Part shown: piece after piece, positions 1-9,391 of the stretch
How positions within the stretch are numbered: the stretch's first letter is position 1
How the letters are laid out: every line of letters starts with the position of its first letter
Virus record (IMG/VR): IMGVR_UViG_3300020045_018668
Location: 1 to 30,644 of that record
DNA: 30,644 nt
Source of the DNA: a virus
Lineage: Duplodnaviria; Caudoviricetes
Reading direction: 5' to 3' (one strand)
Notes under the pieces: generated by a model
Database searches by the model: none
The model's input: only the letters and a program-made list of their open reading frames with translations
Told to the model about the DNA's origin: nothing
Program-made: the position numbers and the translations under genes

Positions 1-173
1 TCCATGGGCTACAACTTCGCCGGCCAGTTGGGCGACGGAACCACGGCCTGGCGGTTCAACCCGGTCATTGTCACCGGCATGACTGTGGCCAATGTCGTTT
101 CCGGCAGCACCGCCTTCCACACCTTGGCGCTGGGCGTGCCACTGGCCCCGGCGATCACGGGGGGTCAACCCCG
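1..173 (+). pseudogene. Host RCC1-repeat (beta-propeller) protein, probably truncated by prophage insertion; 5' part lies outside the window
   Basis: GYNFAGQLGDGT...SG..HTLAL matches the RCC1 repeat pattern; after PAIT the frame stops at 195 in sequence that looks like a phage end. Confidence 0.6.
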
Positions 174-226
174 TGAACCCCAGAATGGGTATTAAGTAAC
201 GCGTGAATGGGTCTGAATTGTAACGG
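174..226 (+). repeat. Candidate prophage terminus with tandem transposase-binding sites
   Basis: TG at 174 followed by GAATGGGT..GTAACG twice, 22 bp apart (183 and 205). Confidence 0.45.
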
Positions 227-291
227 CGCGACGGGACCGCGATGATGCCGCCGGACAGATGCGAGGATGGACATCGCTTAACAATGGTGCG

Positions 292-657
292 TTATGAATA
301 CGCGACACAGATCGCGGTCCATTTTCCTCTAGGGCAAGCTTCAAAGGCGGCGGCAACCTTATCTTCCACCCGCCTGGCCGCCCCGCAGGTGACGCAGTCC
401 GCGCACTGGCCCGCCCGGTTCCGGTCGCATGTTCCGCAGATGGCCAGGCGGCTATTGGCAATTTCAGCACTGGCAGGGATTCGGATTGGGGCAAGGTTAT
501 TTTCCACATCGCCCGTTATTTTTGCCTGCGGGCAATCAGCATTAATTTTCTCTGCCGCCGGCGAATCGACGTAGACCGCCCCGCTGGAATAGTTGCCGAC
601 GCTTAAGGCGTAGTGCCAGCAATTTGAACCAACCAAATCCTTTAAGAGAATTTTCAA
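292..657 (-). CDS. Cys-rich putative zinc-binding protein (DUF6171-like)
   Basis: RLAICGTC...CADC..C...K.....CPRGKW pattern; TTG start overlaps the upstream stop. Confidence 0.65.
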   Translation of the reverse strand: MKILLKDLVGSNCWHYALSVGNYSSGAVYVDSPAAEKINADCPQAKITGDVENNLAPIRIPASAEIANSRLAICGTCDRNRAGQCADCVTCGAARRVEDKVAAAFEACPRGKWTAICVAYS

Positions 658-2291
658 GCCGGTGGAATAACGATTGTTTGACTGAACGTTGGAAGCGAAT
701 ATGTCACTGTAGCAGAAACCTTCCAGCCAAACGTCATTTGAACAGCCACCGATTGAGGAGCTGCGGATGCCTGAAAGCCTGGATTGATCGTAAAGCTTGG
801 CAAGTAGTCGCCGAGAAAATTATTCGTGATGCTGGAAACCGGCGTGCAGCTGGAATATGAATACAACTGGGGAGTCCCACTGACGGCGGAAAACACCGCT
901 TGCAGTGTGTTGCGATAAGGATTTCCAGTGCTAGGGTCTAACAGGGTTGGCAGCGCGCCAAATATTCCAAGAAACCGAACAGAGTCCGCGGGCCAGATTA
1001 AAGTTGCCACCAGTGTGCTGCGCCAATATTTGAAACCGGTGCAGGTTTTTTCCGTGGTATTTAACCCGGTGAAGCTGACGGCATAAATTGGGTAAATGGG
1101 ATAGTCCAGGGTTCCAACCACAACCCCGTGACGAGATATCCGAATTGTGGCCGTTACTAGTCCAGCGGCTGGATCTGCCGTGCAGTTTATTCCAACCGTT
1201 CCCGTGTCGGAATTGGCAGCAAGCGTAACAGTAGTCGAACCTCCCGAGCTGATACCGCCAGTGGATAGCAGTTCGACCAAACAGCCATCCCACGTTCTGG
1301 ATGACAAGTTTTTAATCCCAAAGCTGAATGTCCAACTGGTTCCAGATCCAGATATGCCAAAGTTTACGGCTTGAAGCATGTCGATGGTGAATGGACTGTA
1401 ATATAGACCAAACACCGGGGCCGTTCCGATGTAGTTGTCGGTGTAATCGACGTCATCGAGGTAAACTCCAATTTCACCGCCGGTATGCTCAATCTCCAGT
1501 TGCCAGCAGAGGAAAGCTCGCTCCGCCTCGGCCTGAGTAGAATACGCCGGCAATCCTGAAAATGATTGAGATTGATCCCCGCCATTCTGCCAGACGACCA
1601 CGTAGCTATCGCCAATGGTCCATGATGGTGTATTGCCAACCGCAGTATTAAACGCTCCCTTGCAGTATTTGACCACGAAGTATCCAGCGCGAGCCGGGAT
1701 GTCACCAAACGAACTGATGTCGGAGGAAAGCAAGTTCAGCGTGGCACTCGCAACCAGGCAATCATTTCCAATCATCGGTTGACAGGTGTCACACGAACCG
1801 ATCTGCAGGTTCTCGTATTCACCCCAGGATAAGATGAATATTCCCGTGTCCGCCGCATTGAACCGACAATCCACTTGGATTCGATATACGGACCCGAAGG
1901 ATGCTGCAAACGCAATGACCGCACCATTATCAAACCCGTTACCAAAGCCAACCGATTGATCCAGCAGGAGAGGAACCTCGGCCAGCGAGCCAACCGCACT
2001 GCCGGTAAATACCCGGACGGTGGATTTGAAATTGGTTCGATTGGCCCCGGTGGCATCGCGCGTGGAGAAAAAGAAGGTGCCGCCTCTCGGCGGACAGGCC
2101 CACGAATACCAAACGGTAGCGTAAGGGCCAATCATGCTCCGCGCTGTCGGGTAGCTGGCCGCCGGGTTATAGTTGTAGTGGCCAGGCTCGCCGCTTTGAA
2201 CCGTGGCCTCCACGGTGGTTCCGGATAGATTACCGCTGGCTCCGGAGATGGCCACCGCTCCGGAAAAATCGTTATTCACTGGCGCAGCCAT
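654..2291 (-). CDS. Distal tail / receptor-binding protein with an N-terminal PPC-like beta-sandwich
   Basis: 545 aa, last large gene of the tail operon; NNDF..A..I.G.SG...AT...GEP.H...VWYSW..P..G motif; lower GC than the core genes. Confidence 0.6.
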   Translation of the reverse strand: MAAPVNNDFSGAVAISGASGNLSGTTVEATVQSGEPGHYNYNPAASYPTARSMIGPYATVWYSWACPPRGGTFFFSTRDATGANRTNFKSTVRVFTGSAVGSLAEVPLLLDQSVGFGNGFDNGAVIAFAASFGSVYRIQVDCRFNAADTGIFILSWGEYENLQIGSCDTCQPMIGNDCLVASATLNLLSSDISSFGDIPARAGYFVVKYCKGAFNTAVGNTPSWTIGDSYVVVWQNGGDQSQSFSGLPAYSTQAEAERAFLCWQLEIEHTGGEIGVYLDDVDYTDNYIGTAPVFGLYYSPFTIDMLQAVNFGISGSGTSWTFSFGIKNLSSRTWDGCLVELLSTGGISSGGSTTVTLAANSDTGTVGINCTADPAAGLVTATIRISRHGVVVGTLDYPIYPIYAVSFTGLNTTEKTCTGFKYWRSTLVATLIWPADSVRFLGIFGALPTLLDPSTGNPYRNTLQAVFSAVSGTPQLYSYSSCTPVSSITNNFLGDYLPSFTINPGFQASAAPQSVAVQMTFGWKVSATVTYSLPTFSQTIVIPPA

Positions 2292-2294
2292 AAT

Positions 2295-2747
2295 TTACAA
2301 TCCTGCGCTGCTGTTGATATAGATATTAGTGGAGGTGCCGCCCGAGCAGGCAGGAACCACAGAAATACCCAAAGCAATGCAGATCCAATAGATCGTCCCG
2401 CTCGTTGGGTATGGATATTGAGGAATTTGGTTTCCCGTGCAATTGGCTGGAACCGACTGGCCTTGGCGGAGCACATACGTTCCCGGCAGAATAGTAATGC
2501 CGCCGACCGTCGTTACGGTGGTTATTTGAACGATGGAACCTGGGGAATACGCGCTGGCGTTGCTGTAAAAATCGGCAAAGCTAGTGTCCCCCGAATCCAT
2601 CAGGCGCCGGCTAGAAAGGCGGGCTTTGAGGGCGTCCAGTTGAAACTGTTGGGCGCGAGCGAGGGCGGCGAGGCTGATCACGTCGCGCCAGAGCTTGCGG
2701 ACATCGTCGCCAGCTTTGGGAGCGGGAAGATTGAGCGGTCCTGGCAT
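2295..2747 (-). CDS. Tail-associated hypothetical protein
   Basis: 150 aa, tightly packed in the tail operon; N-terminal coiled coil. Confidence 0.7.
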   Translation of the reverse strand: MPGPLNLPAPKAGDDVRKLWRDVISLAALARAQQFQLDALKARLSSRRLMDSGDTSFADFYSNASAYSPGSIVQITTVTTVGGITILPGTYVLRQGQSVPANCTGNQIPQYPYPTSGTIYWICIALGISVVPACSGGTSTNIYINSSAGL

Positions 2748-2750
2748 GGG

Positions 2751-3515
2751 TCAGGGGTAGAGTTCGGAGTCCCAATGACCGGCCGGGCCGCCCAGCCAGG
2801 TAAGCGTCTTTTTGTGATGCTGGCCGTTAAAGTCCAGATCATCGGCATGGCGGAGCCAATCCACGCCGGTGCCGAGATAACTGGCCAACGGTCCACCGGG
2901 GGTTTCGATCGTTCCGCCATCGGTCAGACCGGGTATAGCCCACGAATACGTGGACCAGGTATAGGTCCAGCCGGCGAGATAATAGGTCTCTTTCCCCTCC
3001 AGCAGTTTATCCGCCAGTTTTTTGGCCAGGGTGGAGAGGCCGGTATAAGAGGAATCGCGGGTGGCGGAGGTCTGACTATCCACGGCCGTGCGAACGGCGG
3101 CACGAGTGGCCCGGTCCAGACTGGCGAAGAGCGGATGCTGCTCCAGCTTTGGGTTCACTTCAAATGGGTGCAGGCCGTATTCATCCGGGGGTAGAATGGC
3201 GCCGGGACCGGGATCGCCGCCGCCACCGCTATCGCCGCCGGCGCCGACATATTCAATGGTCAGTTCGCCGATCTGCTTGGGTTTCCGATCCACGGTGCTT
3301 TGTTTGATCATCCAGCCGGCCATGCTGCCCACGCCATAAGAGCGCGGGAACGGCGCCGAGGCGATACAAAGGGAGTGCAGGCCGGTGAACTTGCGGATAC
3401 ATGTGAACGGCGTGGCAAAGGTGTATTTGGGGGAATCCGGAGCCTCCACCAGCACCGTATTCACCCCCGCGGTAAAGAGGCTGGACTTGCCTTTCCAAAC
3501 AATGGTGCCGGCCAT
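2751..3515 (-). CDS. Tail-tip/hub-region hypothetical protein
   Basis: 254 aa, downstream of the tape measure gene, 3 bp gap to the next gene. Confidence 0.7.
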   Translation of the reverse strand: MAGTIVWKGKSSLFTAGVNTVLVEAPDSPKYTFATPFTCIRKFTGLHSLCIASAPFPRSYGVGSMAGWMIKQSTVDRKPKQIGELTIEYVGAGGDSGGGGDPGPGAILPPDEYGLHPFEVNPKLEQHPLFASLDRATRAAVRTAVDSQTSATRDSSYTGLSTLAKKLADKLLEGKETYYLAGWTYTWSTYSWAIPGLTDGGTIETPGGPLASYLGTGVDWLRHADDLDFNGQHHKKTLTWLGGPAGHWDSELYP

Positions 3516-3521
3516 AGGGTT

Positions 3522-3770
3522 TTATTCGGGTTGAACGGCCGCCGAAGGCGGGACAAACGCGGGATCCGCGGCCTCCGCCAGTTTGAAGAGTTCCGCCAGG
3601 GGAATCCCGACGGAACGATCCCCTCGCTTCAGCACCACCCCGGCCGCGCCCAGGGTGGCATTCCGGAAAAAGCCGGTGACGGGCTCATCATGGACGGATT
3701 GGAGGATGCCGCGGGGTTCCACCCAGGTGGCTTCGCCGGCTTCGGCGGTGAGATTGGTGAGGAGGATCAT
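3522..3770 (-). CDS. Hypothetical protein
   Basis: 82 aa; ATGA overlap with the tape measure stop. Confidence 0.65.
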   Translation of the reverse strand: MILLTNLTAEAGEATWVEPRGILQSVHDEPVTGFFRNATLGAAGVVLKRGDRSVGIPLAELFKLAEAADPAFVPPSAAVQPE

Positions 3771-5176
3771 ATATTTTGGAGCGCCAGCGGGGTGCTGCTC
3801 ATTTTTTCCAGAAACTTGTTGGTGAGCTTGGATTGTTCAACGAGGGACTTGGTATTTCGTTCCGTTCCTTTTGCGGGATCATTCGCCCCGCCGCCGTTGA
3901 ATATAAAACCCATTTTTTCCAGGCTGGTGACATCGGGCTTTTGATAATTGGTGCTGACAAAGTCCGGCACGGTGGATTTAGACAAGGCCGTAGAGGCCAC
4001 CTCCGATTTGGGAGCGCGGGCGGCAAAGCCACCGAGCTTGCTGAAGAGCATTGAATATTGTTCTTTGAGTGAATCCGTTCCCATTTTCAACGAATCATTT
4101 GCCGATTTGTTCATCTCGGTTAGATTCATTCCTTCGGTGAAAAACTCGGCGCCCTTGCCTTTGCGCTCGGTTAAAATATCGGCCATAGACTGGGCTTTGA
4201 AACCGTCAAATCCGGCGGCCTTGCCGATCTTGGGAATCTTGCCGATGAACTCCATGAATTTCTGGACGACAAATTCCATCCCTGCCTGTAAATAGATCAG
4301 CGGCGTTTCCAGCGCCTTGAGCAGCGCCACGCCGATTTTTTGGAAGATTCCTGGAGCCATCACCGCTGCGGCCGATAATCCGAAAACAATGGTGTCTCCG
4401 ATTAGCTCGGCCAATTTTCCTTCCCTAAACGCCTGGAACGCGCCGGAGAACATGGTGCCGATGTCCTGGCCGATGGCCACGAGATCAATTTTTTGGAGGG
4501 CTTCCACCACGCCTTGCAGCGTCGGCACCACGCCCTCCGCAATGCCGGCGAACATGCCGCTTAAAGAGCCTTTGACCCGGGTGATGGTATCGCCCAATTT
4601 ATCGAAGGCGGCGGCGTTGCGGGCAAAGACGGCGGCCTCGCGCGCCGAATCGGCGATGGTTTGTTTGAACCCTTCCGCGTCGCGACTGATCTGCATCATG
4701 TTCGCGGCCCCCTCGCGACCGAACAGCCGGGAGGCCACATCCATGCCAGCCGCCTTATCTAATCCCGCCAGCGCGCCGGATACGGCCTCGAACTGACCGG
4801 GCGCGTCCAGGCCTTTTAAATCCTCCACGCTCAAGCCGAGCGCGGCAAAGGCGCCCTCAGTTTTTTTCCCCATCTCATCCACCCCGCTCAGGGATTTATT
4901 GAGGCGGTTAATCATTCCCGGAAGGGACTCCGCCGAGATACCCACTACCTTGAATGCTTCCTGCATCTGGTAGAGGTTGCCGACCGTTTCACCAGTGCGG
5001 GCCGAAAGATCTTGGAGCGCGCCGCCGCGTTCAATGGCCCCCCAGACGCCTTCCACGGTTTCGGAAAGCAGTTTGCCCACCGAGAGGAACGCCACCATGC
5101 GGCCCGCCGCGCGATCCAGCCCGGACGCGAAGGCGCTGGTTTCCAAACCGAGGGCAAAGGTGAGCACGCCAGCCAT
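3767..5176 (-). CDS. Tail tape measure protein (short)
   Basis: 469 aa, Ala/Gly/Leu-rich helical; LSARTG..V..L, LFGREGA motifs; follows the tail chaperone genes. Confidence 0.85.
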   Translation of the reverse strand: MAGVLTFALGLETSAFASGLDRAAGRMVAFLSVGKLLSETVEGVWGAIERGGALQDLSARTGETVGNLYQMQEAFKVVGISAESLPGMINRLNKSLSGVDEMGKKTEGAFAALGLSVEDLKGLDAPGQFEAVSGALAGLDKAAGMDVASRLFGREGAANMMQISRDAEGFKQTIADSAREAAVFARNAAAFDKLGDTITRVKGSLSGMFAGIAEGVVPTLQGVVEALQKIDLVAIGQDIGTMFSGAFQAFREGKLAELIGDTIVFGLSAAAVMAPGIFQKIGVALLKALETPLIYLQAGMEFVVQKFMEFIGKIPKIGKAAGFDGFKAQSMADILTERKGKGAEFFTEGMNLTEMNKSANDSLKMGTDSLKEQYSMLFSKLGGFAARAPKSEVASTALSKSTVPDFVSTNYQKPDVTSLEKMGFIFNGGGANDPAKGTERNTKSLVEQSKLTNKFLEKMSSTPLALQNI

Positions 5177-5179
5177 AAA

Positions 5180-5423
5180 TCAAATTGCGTTCAATATTTC
5201 TCGCTGCCGTTTCCGCGTTTCCTGGCGGATATAGCCGTTGACCATATCCACCTCGGCCATCGGGTCCAGCAAGGTGGCGGCGGCCCGTAGGGCGATCCCC
5301 TGGCTCAACGGCAGCGTGTAAAGAATCTGGTGCATGGTGATCTGGGGATACGCCCGCATCACGCCGGCAACGTAGAGGAGCCACCAGCCGAGGCCGTCTT
5401 CACGGTCGCTGGTGGCCGCGTAA
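5180..5423 (-). CDS. Tail assembly chaperone GT extension (-1 frameshift product)
   Basis: -1 frame relative to 5359..5958 reads YAATSDREDGLGWWLLYVAGVMRAYPQ...; candidate slip site CCG CTT TTT ACG at ~5419-5430. Confidence 0.7.
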
Positions 5424-5958
5424 AAAGCGGACTGCTCTCCCCGGAACTTTTGGCGGAAAACTCGACGGCCGTTTCAAACGCGCGGGCAAATTGCTGGCAG
5501 ACAGCCTCGGCCAGCAAGCCAATCACCACGGGATTCATCTTCAGGCCGATTTCAGCGCGGGCGAGCGAACGGAAATGGTCCCGGCCCTTGGCCAGCTCCG
5601 CTTCCACCCAGGCGGGATCGGAAAGAAACACCAAAATCATGTCCCAGCCGTCCTGATCGGTGAACGGAGTCGGATCGCGCTCCTCTACGGGCTTGCGGGC
5701 CTCGGCCATTTGTTTGAGCAGCGGGCTATCGAGTTGGCGAAGGCTCGGGATGTCCATGCCCACGATCGGGCGCACCGCAAAGGCGCCCACGCGGATGGGC
5801 CGCGAGGGAAACGCGAGGGCCAGGGGACCGGGCAGCGGATTGGCATTGGCTTCCGCCAGGGCGATCCGGCGGGCGGATTCCCGCTGGAGCTCGGCGATGG
5901 TCAGGCCGGTGACCGGATCAATTTCCAGCGCGGCGGGCGATTGGGGATCGGTGTGCAT
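5359..5958 (-). CDS. Tail assembly chaperone (gpG-like)
   Basis: 199 aa between the tail tube and tape measure genes, overlapped by an open -1 frame. Confidence 0.75.
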   Translation of the reverse strand: MHTDPQSPAALEIDPVTGLTIAELQRESARRIALAEANANPLPGPLALAFPSRPIRVGAFAVRPIVGMDIPSLRQLDSPLLKQMAEARKPVEERDPTPFTDQDGWDMILVFLSDPAWVEAELAKGRDHFRSLARAEIGLKMNPVVIGLLAEAVCQQFARAFETAVEFSAKSSGESSPLFTRPPATVKTASAGGSSTLPA

Positions 5959-5970
5959 TTGTTTTTGGGA

Positions 5971-6231
5971 TCAGGGTTGCGCGGGTTCAGTGACTTCTTC
6001 GTATTCCGCCAGAAATTCCTCGGCGGGCGGGGTGTGAACGGAATCGGCATCCAGCCGATGGACTTCAAAGGCCGGGCGGCGGCCGCCGCGCTTGACGCCG
6101 AAGTCCAGGGCTTCGATCAGCCGGACGACTTTGAACCGGCGATCAGCCGCCGAGCCGGCGGCGTCTTTGATGCCGAAAGTTTTTCCGACCGCGGCGGTCA
6201 TTTCCGGCGTAACGATTGATTTAGTGGCCAT
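5971..6231 (-). CDS. Hypothetical protein
   Basis: 86 aa, A-rich leader, within the tail operon. Confidence 0.7.
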   Translation of the reverse strand: MATKSIVTPEMTAAVGKTFGIKDAAGSAADRRFKVVRLIEALDFGVKRGGRRPAFEVHRLDADSVHTPPAEEFLAEYEEVTEPAQP

Positions 6232-6295
6232 GATTTTTTTTATTTGGTTGGGCGTTTAGAATGGGTGGTCAAAAGGAAAGCAGCTTTCCATTTGC

Positions 6296-6682
6296 CTAGG
6301 TGAGGGTAATGGCGGCGTAATATTCCAGAGTGAAGGTGCGGGAACCTTCCTGTTTTCGCGTAACAGATTCGCCATTGTCCACCACGAGGTAGGCCTTGGC
6401 GGCGGTATCTTTGGGGGCCTTGAACTGGGCCACGTCCATCTGTTCCGGCCAGGTCTTGCTGGTATCGTCAACGACTTCGACCTCGACTTTATCGCCGTCT
6501 TTGAGGCCGACAACAATGGCGGTGAAGCCGTCGTTATCCTCGATCTTGGTGGGTTCGCCGCCGAGGCGGGAGGCTTTGATGGATTTGATGATAGCCGTGG
6601 ACCACGGCGTCGCCTGGCTGGCGATGGTGGTGCCCCAGCGGATGGTGGTAAACGTGCCTTTAATGGTGGGTGCGGTGGCCAT
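6296..6682 (-). CDS. Probable major tail tube protein
   Basis: 128 aa, beta-rich, upstream of chaperone and tape measure genes; no sheath gene seen. Confidence 0.65.
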   Translation of the reverse strand: MATAPTIKGTFTTIRWGTTIASQATPWSTAIIKSIKASRLGGEPTKIEDNDGFTAIVVGLKDGDKVEVEVVDDTSKTWPEQMDVAQFKAPKDTAAKAYLVVDNGESVTRKQEGSRTFTLEYYAAITLT

Positions 6683-6712
6683 AATTTTTGGTTGGGTTGG
6701 GGGTTGTAAAAA

Positions 6713-7030
6713 TTATTGGAGGCGGAAAAACTCAAACGGTTTATCCATCGGCGTGAGGTAACATGTCTGGCTCGTTGGCACAGTCGCCACGGTCTGCCAG
6801 TCAAATAGATTGGTGCTGGACTGAATCTGCCATGACCAATTCGGCCAGATCGTTTGGTCGTATTTCACCTGCGCCCATGAAATGCGGAGGGTGCGGGTGG
6901 GCGCGGGCGTCACGATGGCCGCGCTTTTTGCGGCAACCGGCGGAACGGCGGGCGGCGGGGCCGCGCAGCCGGCGCAGATCAGGAGCGCGGTGAGCGCCGT
7001 CCGATATTTCGTGAGGTTGGCGGCGGTCAT
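6713..7030 (-). CDS. Lipoprotein with a host-type C-terminal STNL-W...FFR domain
   Basis: Start reassigned to ATG 7030 (ATGA overlap); lipobox ALLICAG|C; C-terminus WQIQSSTNLFDW...FEFFRLQ. Confidence 0.75.
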   Translation of the reverse strand: MTAANLTKYRTALTALLICAGCAAPPPAVPPVAAKSAAIVTPAPTRTLRISWAQVKYDQTIWPNWSWQIQSSTNLFDWQTVATVPTSQTCYLTPMDKPFEFFRLQ

Positions 7031-8916
7031 GGCATTCCAACGTGAATACAGGATTTTCGGACGGTGATTGTTCCGGTGTTCGCCGTGTTTTGAACGCGGT
7101 GACCAATTCGGGTTCCGGCTGGAATGGTGATCGTTCCTTGACCGCAAGCAGAGCCAGTATCGGTGCCCGATGTTTTTCGAACCCATTCGATGCTGGTGCA
7201 TTCAACGCCATTCGTGAAAACCGCGCCCTCGAAGATGTCGCCAACCCCGCCGCTGCCATCGAAGCTAATCGTCAGGCTAATTCGATAGGTGCCAGCCACT
7301 GTATTAGTAAGGCTCCCTTCTGTTGCACTTCCCGTGAATTGAAAGCCCTGAAATAGGTTGTAATTAGTCAGCATTACATAGGTGCCAGATGGTGTCAGAA
7401 TAAAATTGTTTGTCGTGGACATGGTTAGTTCTCCCCAAGGAGAAGTGATGCCGTTAGAGACGGTGAGCGACGCCATATAAGAAGAACCGTATGCCGTGAG
7501 TCCGAAATAAAATAAACCTGTTTGATCAGTTAGAGCCGCTCCCCCGACAGCGAATCCACTGCCAGTCCCGCTTACGCGAAGTGCTTTTCCAGAAATGGTT
7601 GTATTCTGATTAAGGCCAATAGCTACGTCAGTAACGGTAAGCCTATTTCCAGCCGCGCCGCCTATACTTACTGTTCCAAATAGAGTTCCATTCGTTTTCT
7701 GCGCGAATTGGGCGTCTTGAATCGCATCCGCCGCCGAGATGATGGCTTGAATTGAGGCAGAGGCTTGCAGCAACGTGTAACCGCCCAAGGTGGCCGCGTT
7801 GACTCCAGTCAGGATGCTCCCATCAGTGCTGGTCCAGCGGTTTGTCCCGTCCGTGAAGTATGCGCCAGCGACCATGCCCGCCGTCGAGTTGGTCGAACCA
7901 AGTGCGAGTCGGCCCATCGGAACCGTCCCAGAGGACAGCCTGGAGGCGTTAAGATTCGTGAGGGTGGCTCCGTTGCCATGATGATTCCCGTAAAATCCAG
8001 CATATGCATTTGTGTCTGATACAAATACTGACGCATCAATCTCCCAGCCCAAAAAACTGGCAACTCCTGATCCTGCGTCAATGTTCCCTGTGAAGTTATT
8101 GTTAATTCCATCCCCGAACACTACAATGTTTTGCCCATTTGTCACAACACCCATGTCCGTCACGATTGATTGCACTGAGTTGGTCGTTGTTAGGCTGTTT
8201 AATTCTGTTCCGTTCGGCGCATTGGTGGCCACCGCCGCAGCTAGCGCGTTCTCGGAATTGGTTGCAAAAGCGATTTTATTGGTGACGTAAACGACGTATT
8301 CCGCGTAGCCGGCCCAATTGGCATAGTCCACAGCCGCGTTCGTCAGGGTCATTGACCGCCCATCGCCAACGTAAACCCACGGAGGATTAGTAATACTGGA
8401 GGCTGACCAGTTCGTCGGGATGATGGATTCAATTTCCGCCAGGCCCACCGCCGAAAAACTGTTGCTCGTCGGGTTGCCGGAGACGACGCCAGACAGGTTG
8501 GTAATGGTGGTGCCGGATCCGCCTTTTAATTCAAACCTGGCATCGGCGGCGGCGGACCAGGCGGCAAATTCCGGGCTGTTGGGATCCACTTCCAAATAGT
8601 CCTCGGCCCGCACCAGGCTGTTGGTATGCGGAATAACAAATCCAAATGCGACGGCGTTATTCGTTTTGGGAGCCACCAGGCAGCGGCCGGATGCCGCGTT
8701 GGAGATGGTGAATTGCCCGGCGTAATCGGTCGTGAAATTCTTCTGGATAACCGCCGCCACGCCACCGGCCACGGTAACCGGGCTGGGAATGGTGACGATA
8801 CATTTCACCTGAGCCAGGGGAACGGATTGAAAATCCGTGACGGTCACCAGCACGTCCGCCGCCGAAGCGCCGAGCAGGCCGGCCAACAAAATCAAAATCG
8901 AAAGTTTAGTTTTCAT
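7027..8916 (-). CDS. Fibre-like protein with Sec signal peptide (629 aa)
   Basis: Start reassigned to ATG 8916 (MKTKLSILILLAGLLGASA|AD); GNGATLTNLNASRLSSGT fibre motif; C-terminal BclA/C1q-like GTYRISLTISF domain. Confidence 0.75.
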   Translation of the reverse strand: MKTKLSILILLAGLLGASAADVLVTVTDFQSVPLAQVKCIVTIPSPVTVAGGVAAVIQKNFTTDYAGQFTISNAASGRCLVAPKTNNAVAFGFVIPHTNSLVRAEDYLEVDPNSPEFAAWSAAADARFELKGGSGTTITNLSGVVSGNPTSNSFSAVGLAEIESIIPTNWSASSITNPPWVYVGDGRSMTLTNAAVDYANWAGYAEYVVYVTNKIAFATNSENALAAAVATNAPNGTELNSLTTTNSVQSIVTDMGVVTNGQNIVVFGDGINNNFTGNIDAGSGVASFLGWEIDASVFVSDTNAYAGFYGNHHGNGATLTNLNASRLSSGTVPMGRLALGSTNSTAGMVAGAYFTDGTNRWTSTDGSILTGVNAATLGGYTLLQASASIQAIISAADAIQDAQFAQKTNGTLFGTVSIGGAAGNRLTVTDVAIGLNQNTTISGKALRVSGTGSGFAVGGAALTDQTGLFYFGLTAYGSSYMASLTVSNGITSPWGELTMSTTNNFILTPSGTYVMLTNYNLFQGFQFTGSATEGSLTNTVAGTYRISLTISFDGSGGVGDIFEGAVFTNGVECTSIEWVRKTSGTDTGSACGQGTITIPAGTRIGHRVQNTANTGTITVRKSCIHVGMP

Positions 8917-9391
8917 CGGCCTCCGTTTGGTCGGGAATATCTGCCACGACCCCGAGGGTAATGGCGTAGGCGTCGGTGGTGACGCCTTGAAATTGAAGGC
9001 GGCGGGCTCCCAGATAGGCCGGCGCGGCCTCATCCACATCCGGGAAGCGCAGACTGCGCAAGACTTCGCGGGCGGACTCCACCAGTTCAAACATGGGTTT
9101 CCCATCGCCCACGCCTTTCATCAGCGAGTCGCCCTGGTTCAGCGCGAGCGAACGGCCGCGCGAGATGGCCACCATGATTTTGCGATCCACCCGGCCCAGA
9201 ACGTCGCTCAGTTCCGCGGAGCGAGGCAGTTCCTCATCGAACAGGATCGCGGAACGGACAGCGCCGGGGGTCTCGCCCAGGATTTGAAACAGGTGCGGCT
9301 CGTCGTTGGCGATCTTGACGGCCCCGCCCACTGACCGATGCCAGGCAGCCAGGGCATCGGCGATCTGTTGGATCTGATCCTTAATGGTCAT
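8906..9391 (-). CDS. Head-tail joining / tail terminator protein (Mu gp37 position)
   Basis: 161 aa; ATGA overlap with the gp36-like gene. Confidence 0.65.
   Translation of the reverse strand: MTIKDQIQQIADALAAWHRSVGGAVKIANDEPHLFQILGETPGAVRSAILFDEELPRSAELSDVLGRVDRKIMVAISRGRSLALNQGDSLMKGVGDGKPMFELVESAREVLRSLRFPDVDEAAPAYLGARRLQFQGVTTDAYAITLGVVADIPDQTEADEN

Noticed and set aside
159-196. 38 bp GGGGGG...TTAAG resembling a Tn3-family inverted repeat
   Set aside because: No Tn3 transposase or partner IR in the window, and the element's transposase is Mu-type; kept only as an alternative boundary
8917-9105. N-terminal 63 codons of the 692 aa ORF in the track (likewise upstream extensions of ORFs 6713, 18177, 19893, 27240, 29085)
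   Set aside because: They overlap real neighbouring genes or regulatory DNA; downstream ATGs give signal peptides or coupled starts
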